From Candidatus Omnitrophota bacterium (GTDB lineage: Bacteria > Omnitrophota > Gorgyraeia > Gygaellales > Profunditerraquicolaceae): a stretch of 64,000 bases of DNA. Positions within the stretch are counted from its first letter, which is position 1; the number at the start of each line of letters is the position of its first letter. The notes beneath the pieces are model-generated. The model saw nothing but the letters and a program-made list of their open reading frames with translations, searched no databases and had not been told where the DNA came from. The stretch lies in contig JBAZTA010000003.1 of the NCBI GenBank assembly GCA_041662125.1, positions 71,992 through 135,991 on the forward strand, in the 5' to 3' direction. Below are positions 19,182 through 26,799 of this stretch, one piece after another. A program made the translations under genes and the position numbers.

Positions 19182-20004
19182 ACAATTTCTCGAACAATAG
19201 CTTCAGGCCTTTGGTGATCCGCGGCCCCGGCCGAAGCAGTATATCGGGCTGTATGTCATTATAAATCCGGTTATTTCTTACGGCATTGATCTGCTGCCAT
19301 CCAAAACGTTTTTTGACCAGTTCAATTGGTTTTTCTTCATTCATATAGGTCAGGAATATGCAATCGGGGTTTTGCTTGATAACTTCTTCCGGGCTAAAGA
19401 TACTATAGGGTCGAAGCGTGTTTTTTGCAATGTTGATCCCTCCTGCTAAAGTGATAAGTTCATCAATAAATGAACCTTTTCCTGCGGTCGTCAGCGGCTC
19501 AAACCAGATCTCAATGAATATTTTCAAACGTTTATCCGCGGGGATACGCTGCGCTTGTTGAGTAATTTTGGTGATCTCATCTTGCATTGCAACGATCACC
19601 TGCTGTGCCTGAGTATTTCTTTTTGTCAATTCACCTATTTGCTTTATAGATTCCAGCAGCTCTTGTATATTTTTTGGGTCAGCTACATAAACCGGCAGCC
19701 CGTAACGTTTTAAACTTTCAATCGCAGGCGTTTGTTCAAGCCCGGTGCAAAATATATAATCGGGTTTAAGCGCCAGGATCTTTTCAATATTGGGAGAACT
19801 AAAATCACCTATCTTTTCTTTGGCTTTAGCTTTAGGTGGATAATTGCAAAAAGAGCTGACCCCGATAATCTCATCATCAAGGCCTAAAGCAAAAAGGATT
19901 TCCGTGGTTGACGGGGCTAATGAAATGTAACGGGTTCCTTCAGCGGCAAACAAAGGCAGTGAGGTTACCAGTAATAAGCAGGCACTAAGAATGAATTTTT
20001 TCAT
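19159..20004 (-). CDS. periplasmic cobalamin/iron-complex binding protein (BtuF-like, class III SBP)
   Basis: The start was reassigned to MKKFILSACLLLVTSLPLFAAEG, a signal peptide. The track's upstream extension covers the leader hairpin. Confidence 0.75.
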   Translation of the reverse strand: MKKFILSACLLLVTSLPLFAAEGTRYISLAPSTTEILFALGLDDEIIGVSSFCNYPPKAKAKEKIGDFSSPNIEKILALKPDYIFCTGLEQTPAIESLKRYGLPVYVADPKNIQELLESIKQIGELTKRNTQAQQVIVAMQDEITKITQQAQRIPADKRLKIFIEIWFEPLTTAGKGSFIDELITLAGGINIAKNTLRPYSIFSPEEVIKQNPDCIFLTYMNEEKPIELVKKRFGWQQINAVRNNRIYNDIQPDILLRPGPRITKGLKLLFEKLYVSAHEY

Positions 20005-20023
20005 GTGAGTAGTAGGTATATTA

Positions 20024-20147
20024 CTCCACCTCGTAAGCATGCGTAAAATTCCCTCATTTCCCAAGAGGTGCGCAAAAATTTCTTTTAAAATTTTTGCGGT
20101 GTTACGTTGTGGGAAATGAGGGAATTTTATTCGCATACTCGGTGGAG
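20024..20147 (-). promoter_or_regulatory. large leader hairpin (~125 nt) immediately upstream of the btuF-like start codon
   Basis: Outer arms CTCCACC/GGTGGAG, perfect 17-bp inner stem AATTCCCTCATTTCCCA/TGGGAAATGAGGGAATT, and a nested palindrome GCAAAAATTT...AAATTTTTGC at the apex. Confidence 0.5.
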
Positions 20148-20200
20148 TTTGCGGCAGAAAGCCGCATACCCGCGTAGTACCGATTAACGCGGGGTGTCGC
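20148..20200 (+). repeat. structured intergenic element, copy B
   Basis: TTTGCGGCAGAAAGCCGCATACCCGCGTAGTACCGATTAACGCGGGGTGTCGC: an AGAAA-loop hairpin followed by a bulged ACCCGCG/CGCGGGGTG hairpin. Same architecture as copy A (11594-11680). Confidence 0.5.
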
Positions 20201-20527
20201 TATATTTTGTTTTATATATGTGCTCAAAAAACCAAAAACCCCAAGGACAGTTTATGTGAATTAAACTATGCTCGGGGTTACGCCCTGTTTTAAAACCTTA
20301 TCCTCGAGGTATAACAAAATATGCAGGTGAGGTGTTCTGACTCGGAGATCATCCTACTTTTCCACGCCTTCCCGGAGCTAAAGCTCCAGTGGCTTGATCT
20401 TTGGAATTTCGTACTTCCTTACAGCAGCGGGACTGTGCTTGAATTTAACAAGCTTCCCTTACCTTTTTTCATCCTAACCGAAATATATAGTTGTGTCAAG
20501 AAAATTTTTTTAAAAAAAACCTAATTC

Positions 20528-20758
20528 CTAAGGATTGTCTTTGTCAGGGGCCCTTTTTACGAGTATTACAGCTGCGTTATATTCTATGCGCTGTCCCGGG
20601 CGGATCTTTGCTGCTTTGCGCGTTTCAATGATGCCGTCGACTTTAACCAAGCCTGATTCGATGGCGTGTTTAGCCATGCCGCCGCTTTCAGAGAGGCCCA
20701 TAATTTTTAATATTTTGAAAAGTTCGAGGTATTCGCTGGTCAGATCAAAAGAGTCCAT
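20528..20758 (-). CDS. S4-domain RNA-binding protein (YbcJ-like)
   Basis: 76 aa with the S4 fold pattern (GLVKVDGIIETRKAAKIRPGQRIEYN). Confidence 0.65.
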   Translation of the reverse strand: MDSFDLTSEYLELFKILKIMGLSESGGMAKHAIESGLVKVDGIIETRKAAKIRPGQRIEYNAAVILVKRAPDKDNP

Positions 20759-20763
20759 GGCTT

Positions 20764-21267
20764 TTAATATTCTATTCCCTTTCGAGCTTTTATTCCTTGT
20801 TTAAAATAGTGTTTTACTTCCTTGATCTCACTGACCAGGTCAGCACAGTCTCGAATTTGTTTCGGGGCGTTCCTGCCGGTCAGGATCAGTTCTATAGAGG
20901 AAGGTGTGTTTTTGAGCAGTTCGATTACTTTGCTTATTTCAATAAGCTTCAGGTTTATCGCGCAATTAATTTCATCAAGAATAACTACATTATAAGCGCG
21001 GGATGCTATTGCTTTGCTCACCGATAGAAATCCTTCTTGAGCAAGCTGAATATCTTTCTTGGTCGGCGACTTTCGAATAAAACATCGCCTGCCATGCTGG
21101 CAGAAAGTGATGTTCTTGAGCTTTTTTAAGGCTGCCAGCTCGCTGTACGGCTGGTTCTTTAAGAACTGGCAGATATATACGGTAAGGCCGGCGCCTGTAG
21201 CGCGCAGCGCCATCCCTAAGGCAGCGGTTGTTTTACCTTTTCCATCTCCCGTATAAACTTGGATCAT
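20764..21267 (-). CDS. cobO: cob(I)yrinic acid a,c-diamide / cob(I)alamin adenosyltransferase
   Basis: 167 aa with the P-loop GDGKGKTTAALGMALRA and the ILDEINCAIN region. It is a BtuR/CobA/CobO family member. Confidence 0.85.
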   Translation of the reverse strand: MIQVYTGDGKGKTTAALGMALRATGAGLTVYICQFLKNQPYSELAALKKLKNITFCQHGRRCFIRKSPTKKDIQLAQEGFLSVSKAIASRAYNVVILDEINCAINLKLIEISKVIELLKNTPSSIELILTGRNAPKQIRDCADLVSEIKEVKHYFKQGIKARKGIEY

Positions 21268-21761
21268 TGCGTTACCGCCTTCCAGCTCATGATCCCCAAT
21301 GCGCAGAGGACGCTTACAATTATTCCGGCAGCGATCACTCCCGCCACAATCGAGATAAATGCGTATCGAAATTTTATCTTAAAAAGAGATGCCGCGATCA
21401 CTCCGCTCCAGGCTCCGGTCATAGGTAAGGGTATCCCTACAAAGATGGCCAGGCCGATCGCTTCATATTTTTGTATGGAATCGGAATTTTTCATGGTGCG
21501 TTTTTCAATCCATGCAAAGAAACGTGTGTACCATTTGAATCTCATTAATTTCCGTGATAGAGGTTCAAATAAAAAGAGTGCGGGCGCGATAAAGCTGATG
21601 TTTCCCAGGACTGAGAGCCAGAAAGCCTTGTATAACGGCATTCCTAAAGACAGCCCTAAAGGGATCGCGCCTCTTAATTCTGAAATGGGCAATGCTCCGA
21701 CAATAAATACGATCCATTCTTTCGGTAAGCCTTTTAACCCGTGAAGTATTTCGTTTAACAT
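21264..21761 (-). CDS. small membrane protein, putative small-multidrug-export-like (PF06695-like)
   Basis: 165 aa with 4 TM helices and the ALPISELRGAIPLGL motif. The overlapping plus-strand ORF 21259-21744 has no domain signal. Confidence 0.45.
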   Translation of the reverse strand: MLNEILHGLKGLPKEWIVFIVGALPISELRGAIPLGLSLGMPLYKAFWLSVLGNISFIAPALFLFEPLSRKLMRFKWYTRFFAWIEKRTMKNSDSIQKYEAIGLAIFVGIPLPMTGAWSGVIAASLFKIKFRYAFISIVAGVIAAGIIVSVLCALGIMSWKAVTQ

Positions 21762-21828
21762 GGTCCTGCTTTCATGTGCATGCCTTTCATTTCTTTGAGT
21801 TTAAGCAAAGCTGACGGTAACCTTTTTT

Positions 21829-22488
21829 TTAGTTGTACTGGATGCCGGTTGCGTCGTTCCCAAATTTTCCTATTAAGGGGACAAAAACACAGCCGCATAT
21901 ATAGGTTGATTCAAGCTTGTTTGCTTTCTTTTCAACTAATGTTAACATTTGGCTCATCTGCTGCCCTATCGGTAAAATGAGCTTGCCGGATTCTTTAAGC
22001 TGTTCGGTTAACGGCAGCGGAATACAGGGGCTGGCGGCGGTGATGATGATCCGGTCAAAGGGAGCCTCTTCTTTCCAACCTAATGTCCCATCACCTATTG
22101 AAAAACGGATGTTTTTATATCCCATCGCAGTGAGGGTATCGGCTGCATGTAATGAGAGCTTTTCGAGCCGTTCTATGCTCAAGACCTCTTTTGCTAATTC
22201 CGCAAGTATTGCCGTTTGATATCCTGATCCTGTGCCGATCTCAAGGACTTTCTCTCCGCCGCTTAAGTCCAGGTATTGCGTCATTATTGCAACAATATAG
22301 GGTTGCGAAATGGTTTGTCCTTCTCCAATAGGCAGGGGAAAATCTTCGTAGGCCGAAGCAAGGTGTTCTTCATTCAGGAACCGGTGACGTTCTACTTTCC
22401 TGAAGGCATCAAGGACGCGTTTGTTTTTGATCCCCCGGGCAATAAGTTGTTTTTCAACCATGCGTTTTCTTAATGACGAGTAATCCAT
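21829..22488 (-). CDS. pcm: protein-L-isoaspartate O-methyltransferase
   Basis: 219 aa with TISQPYIVAIMT and the LEIGTGSGYQTA SAM motif. Confidence 0.85.
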   Translation of the reverse strand: MDYSSLRKRMVEKQLIARGIKNKRVLDAFRKVERHRFLNEEHLASAYEDFPLPIGEGQTISQPYIVAIMTQYLDLSGGEKVLEIGTGSGYQTAILAELAKEVLSIERLEKLSLHAADTLTAMGYKNIRFSIGDGTLGWKEEAPFDRIIITAASPCIPLPLTEQLKESGKLILPIGQQMSQMLTLVEKKANKLESTYICGCVFVPLIGKFGNDATGIQYN

Positions 22489-23210
22489 AGTTCTTTTATG
22501 ATGAATCTGATGAACCGAATGGTGTCCCAGACAGGATGAATGTTGCTTTTTTCACCCTGGTAGACAGTTTTTACCGGGATAGATTTAATGGTAAACCCCA
22601 GGCGTGCGGCTTGAATGAGGATTTCAGATTCAGCTTCATACTTATAGGTTTTCAGGTTTATTTTACTGAGTACTTCTTTTCTAATGAGCCGAAAGCCGCA
22701 TTGCGAATCGGGGATCTTTTGTTTGCATAATTGAGAAATAATCCAGGACATCAATTTGTTGGTTTGGATGCGTATGAATGGCATGGTTCTTAGCTGGTTC
22801 ATACGATTTCCTATCAATATTCCGGCATTCGATTGTTCGGCCAGGGCAATAAAGTGGGTCACTTCTTCGGGGAGGTGTTGGCCGTCTGCATCCATGGTAA
22901 CCACAGCGTCAAATTCCCGTGAAAGAGCGAAATCGAAACCTTTATTTAATGAGGCGCCTTTACCGATATTCTGCGGGTTAAGAAGCACTATTGCCCCCGA
23001 GTTTCTGGCAAGGGAAGCCGTATTGTCTGAGGAACCGTCGTCAATGAGTATGATCTCGAGGTTTTGCCCCAAAATGCTTTTGACGAGCCCTTCTACGGCG
23101 CGGGATTCGTTATAGGCGGGCATGATAACACAGGTTTTCATATTATGGCTCGATCCAGTATTTTCTGAACATATACCATTGTTCAGGGTATTTTCTGATA
23201 TACGTTTCAA
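22470..23210 (-). CDS. glycosyltransferase family 2 (Dpm1-like polyprenyl-phosphate glycosyltransferase)
   Basis: 246 aa with CVIMPAYNE, ILIDDGSSDNT and a DAD motif. Confidence 0.8.
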   Translation of the reverse strand: MKRISENTLNNGICSENTGSSHNMKTCVIMPAYNESRAVEGLVKSILGQNLEIILIDDGSSDNTASLARNSGAIVLLNPQNIGKGASLNKGFDFALSREFDAVVTMDADGQHLPEEVTHFIALAEQSNAGILIGNRMNQLRTMPFIRIQTNKLMSWIISQLCKQKIPDSQCGFRLIRKEVLSKINLKTYKYEAESEILIQAARLGFTIKSIPVKTVYQGEKSNIHPVWDTIRFIRFIIKELWITRH

Positions 23211-24039
23211 TGATCGCCTTGTAAAGAATTGTGATCTCTTCTACTTTTTTGTCATCTAAGCTAAAACCATTGTTTTTATCCTGGTTTTTTAAGGTTTGCG
23301 CAGGTATTTCAATCGGTTTTTCAAATCTGAGCGTGAAGCTGTCATCAGGGTTACGCAGCATGAACCCGGGTATGATGGGAGCTCCTGTTTTGAGCGCGAA
23401 GGCTGCCGGGCCTTTGGGCAGAGTTGTGAATTTATTAAGAAAATCGACCGCAACACCTTTTTCTTTAGTAAAATCCCTGTCTCCTACCAGTGCCAGGAGC
23501 TTATTATCTTTTAAGACCTTTAAGCTTTGCCTGACTGCATTCCCAAAAGGTATTATTTTTACATTTTTTATTGCCCTTTGAAAATTAAAAAAATCATTCA
23601 CTTTTTTGTTTTTATGCGGGAGCGCGACTGCCCAGAAAGGATATCCAAGCTGCGCGGTAACGACCCCTCCTAATTCCCAGTTTCCGATATGCGCGGTCAA
23701 TATAATGCCGCCTTTGCCTTTTTTGAGGGTATCATCCAGGTAGTGCAGGTTTTCAATGGTAATGTTGTTCCTGATATATTCTTTATTTAAGATTGAAAAC
23801 CTGAAGAAATCTACGAGGTATTTTGCAAAATTCCTGAACATCTCTAAGCGTATTTTATTGCGTTCCCGGGAGGTTTTTTCCGGGAAGATCGCTTTCAGGT
23901 TTTCCTTAACAGTTTTGCGGTCAATATTGGCAAAAAGGAAATGAACATCAGAGAAGAATATAGCCAGGTGGTAACTCAGCTTTAAGGGGAGCGCTAATAC
24001 TAAGAATTGCCCTAAACGGTAAAGGAGATAATTAAACAT
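23143..24039 (-). CDS. lysophospholipid/lipid A acyltransferase, LpxL (HtrB/MsbB) family
   Basis: 298 aa with a single N-terminal TM, an HIGNWE catalytic motif and a LPLAT fold. Confidence 0.7.
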   Translation of the reverse strand: MFNYLLYRLGQFLVLALPLKLSYHLAIFFSDVHFLFANIDRKTVKENLKAIFPEKTSRERNKIRLEMFRNFAKYLVDFFRFSILNKEYIRNNITIENLHYLDDTLKKGKGGIILTAHIGNWELGGVVTAQLGYPFWAVALPHKNKKVNDFFNFQRAIKNVKIIPFGNAVRQSLKVLKDNKLLALVGDRDFTKEKGVAVDFLNKFTTLPKGPAAFALKTGAPIIPGFMLRNPDDSFTLRFEKPIEIPAQTLKNQDKNNGFSLDDKKVEEITILYKAIIETYIRKYPEQWYMFRKYWIEP

Positions 24040-24066
24040 ATGTGTCGAATGTTGATTCGATGTGTG

Positions 24067-25185
24067 CTATTTAAGGCTTAATATCAACTTGCCAATATCA
24101 ACGCTGGAATTGGGCTTACTGATTTTTCCTGCGGATTCGCGTAATGCTTCAAGCATCTGCCGGTTTCCGATTAGTTCATCTATGGTAAAATTTATTTTAT
24201 TTGGTTTTTCTATCTTAACTGCCGCATGTTTTTGCGTCAAATAGTGGGTATTATTTATTTCCTGTCCCGGTATGGGTTTTACGATAATTAAGGGGAGTTT
24301 CTTAGTCAGTGCCTCTGCAGTCGTGATCCCTCCCGGTTTCGTGATGATGATATCGGCTATAGACATGAGTTCATTTATAGCATCGGTATATCCGAAAAGA
24401 ACAATTCTTTTCTTGTATTTCTTTATCTTTCGTTTGAGTGATCTGTTCAGCTTTTTGTTTGTTCCCGTAACGATGATCTCTTGAATATTGTGCGTAACTT
24501 TCTCTAAAGATTTAACAATTGTTTTGATGGGGCCCAGGCCCTGGCCTCCTCCCATGATCAAGAGGGTAGCCGCTTTTGGATCAAGTTTGAGCTTTTTTAT
24601 GACTTTGTCGCAGTCAACCGGATCATTGAATTTTGGGTCAAAGGGGATCCCGAAAGCTTTTATCCTGTTCTGAAAGATACCTTTTTTTATCAGGTTAAGC
24701 GAAACTTCTTCAGAAGGAGTTATATAATAATTGACCGTATCATAAACCCAGTATGAGTGCGGTACATAGTCGGTTAGCACAGCGATAAGCGGGATATCAG
24801 AGCCATAGGTCTTTTTGTAATCTGCGACCATTCCGCAGGGGAATGCCTGGGTACAGACAACAACATCGGGTTTAAAACGGTCAAAAAGGTTTTTGAGTTT
24901 CGGAGAATTGAATTTATGGATCACCTCTTTCATTTTTGCGATTTTCTTGGCAATTGTTGGGTTATCGTAAAGGTAATCCCAGATTTTAGGGGTTCGCTTA
25001 ATGATGCTCATGTAAATGCTGTTAACGAACTTTTCGGAGATCGGGTTTGTGTAATTAAATGCATTGATGTTGAGTGTTACGCTATCGGGTGATAACATCT
25101 TGATCGTTTTCTCGATCGCCAGTGTAGCGCTGTGGTGGCCGGAATTTTCAGAGATGTACATGAGGATGACACGTTTTTTGACCAT
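24067..25185 (-). CDS. glycosyltransferase family 28, MGDG-synthase/UgtP-like diacylglycerol glycosyltransferase
   Basis: 372 aa: N-terminal MGDG_synth domain and C-terminal Glyco_tran_28_C (LLIMGGGQGLGP, ITKPGGITTAEAL). Confidence 0.75.
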   Translation of the reverse strand: MVKKRVILMYISENSGHHSATLAIEKTIKMLSPDSVTLNINAFNYTNPISEKFVNSIYMSIIKRTPKIWDYLYDNPTIAKKIAKMKEVIHKFNSPKLKNLFDRFKPDVVVCTQAFPCGMVADYKKTYGSDIPLIAVLTDYVPHSYWVYDTVNYYITPSEEVSLNLIKKGIFQNRIKAFGIPFDPKFNDPVDCDKVIKKLKLDPKAATLLIMGGGQGLGPIKTIVKSLEKVTHNIQEIIVTGTNKKLNRSLKRKIKKYKKRIVLFGYTDAINELMSIADIIITKPGGITTAEALTKKLPLIIVKPIPGQEINNTHYLTQKHAAVKIEKPNKINFTIDELIGNRQMLEALRESAGKISKPNSSVDIGKLILSLK

Positions 25186-25187
25186 AG

Positions 25188-26357
25188 TTAGATTCTTCCT
25201 TCTTGATAAGCTTTTGTAAATGCTGCGACAATGTTCGGATTAAACTGCTGGCAGGCGAGGCTCTTGATCTCCTGAAGAGCTTCTTGTTTATCCTTTGCTT
25301 TACGATAGGGCCTGTCCGTTGTCATGGCATCGAAACTGTCGGCGACCGCGATAATAGCAGCGATTAGGGGGATATTTTCTTCACGTAATCCATCGGGATA
25401 TCCTTTTCCGTCATAGCGTTCATGGTGGTACTTTACCCCTAAAATGGCGTTTCCTAACTCTCCAATTGAATGAAGTATATTGGCGCCGATTACGGGGTGT
25501 GTCTGCATTTTTTTCCACTCTTCAGGCGTTAAAGGCCCTTCTTTGTTCAAGATGTTTTCCGGTATGCCGATCTTCCCGATATCATGGAGGAGTGCTGCTA
25601 TATGTAAATCTTCATAAAATTTATCCGCCAGGTTTATTGATTGTTCCTGGATTACTGTTTTGGCGATCTCGACACTGTAATGCGTTACCCGTTCAGTATG
25701 GCCGTGTGTATAGCGGTCTTTAGCTTCTACTGCCGCAGCAAGCGCGACTGTCGTGTTCATGAAGAGCTTTTGCCTTTTATCCAATTCGTCCTGCAGTTGT
25801 TTGAAAAGGCGCGCGTTGCGCATCGCCATCGCTACGTCTGAAGTCAGCGCGCTGAAAAATGCCAGCTCGTCCTGTTCAAACCGCCTCTTATTTTTCTTTT
25901 TTCCTAAAAATAATATGCCGACCAGGTCCTCCCGGAAAAAACTCGGTATACATACGGCGACATCAAAAATGTCAAGTTGATAGAGTACCTGTTCAAGCAG
26001 AGTCCTTATTTCCGGGCTAATATTCTTATTCTTTTTTAAGGCGTGTTCTGCTTCAGTATAGACGAAGGCCTCGTGATTAAAAAGCAGCCGTTCTTTATGT
26101 TCACGAAAGAACCGGATTAAAGGATTATCTATGTCGAGGCGGGCAAATCCTGCCGGCACCTTTAAGCCGAGCGGGCCCCGTGATACGGTGAGCACGTAGG
26201 TGTTTTGTTCAGGATGGTGCAGTAAAATCCCTGCGTGGCTTACTTGTACTTTTTGTACGACCAGCCTTACGATCATTTTAATGAGCAGGTCAGGCTCATG
26301 TACCAGGATCATGCTTTTAGCTGCCGCTTCAAGTTCTTTTTTGTAATCAATGCCCAT
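25188..26357 (-). CDS. GAF domain + HD-GYP c-di-GMP phosphodiesterase
   Basis: 389 aa: N-terminal GAF, then an HD domain (LLHDIGKIGIP) and the HD-GYP signature HHERYDGKGYPDGL. Confidence 0.85.
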   Translation of the reverse strand: MGIDYKKELEAAAKSMILVHEPDLLIKMIVRLVVQKVQVSHAGILLHHPEQNTYVLTVSRGPLGLKVPAGFARLDIDNPLIRFFREHKERLLFNHEAFVYTEAEHALKKNKNISPEIRTLLEQVLYQLDIFDVAVCIPSFFREDLVGILFLGKKKNKRRFEQDELAFFSALTSDVAMAMRNARLFKQLQDELDKRQKLFMNTTVALAAAVEAKDRYTHGHTERVTHYSVEIAKTVIQEQSINLADKFYEDLHIAALLHDIGKIGIPENILNKEGPLTPEEWKKMQTHPVIGANILHSIGELGNAILGVKYHHERYDGKGYPDGLREENIPLIAAIIAVADSFDAMTTDRPYRKAKDKQEALQEIKSLACQQFNPNIVAAFTKAYQEGRI

Positions 26358-26363
26358 GTGCCC

Positions 26364-26732
26364 TTATTCTTTTTTTAGGAAAGATAATACAATTCTTTCC
26401 AGCTCTTCCATCACGAGAGGTTTATGGATATAGTCAGAAGCCCCTAAGGCGATACATTTTTGGTAAATCTCTTCTTCGTCAGGTTTTTTACCTGTTACCA
26501 TGATGACTTGAATATCTTTGTTTTTCGCTTTAATGCATTGTAACGTCTCAATCCCGTCTTTACCGTCCATTTTTATATCGAGCAGTACTAATTGCGGGTG
26601 TTCTATATCAATTTTGCTTAATGCGTCATCGCCGCCGCAAGCAGTTTGTACGTCAATGTTACGCTTGCGGAAGAAACTAGCCGCAAACTCTCTGACATCC
26701 TGCTCATCATCAACAATCAGTAATTTAGCCAT
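26364..26732 (-). CDS. single-domain response regulator (CheY-like receiver)
   Basis: 122 aa with receiver residues LIVDDE, the phospho-Asp LLDIKMDG, and T/K at conserved positions. Confidence 0.85.
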   Translation of the reverse strand: MAKLLIVDDEQDVREFAASFFRKRNIDVQTACGGDDALSKIDIEHPQLVLLDIKMDGKDGIETLQCIKAKNKDIQVIMVTGKKPDEEEIYQKCIALGASDYIHKPLVMEELERIVLSFLKKE

Positions 26733-26799
26733 TCTACCCCCTTATTAATATAGCGTACTTCAAAAAAAAGAAAAGTTATTTTATTGCCTCACTGTTGCC

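Noticed and set aside
20321-20524. 67 aa plus-strand ORF in the btuF leader region
   Set aside because: It has no RBS, low-complexity product, and lies in a region dominated by the minus-strand leader structures. It was treated as non-coding.
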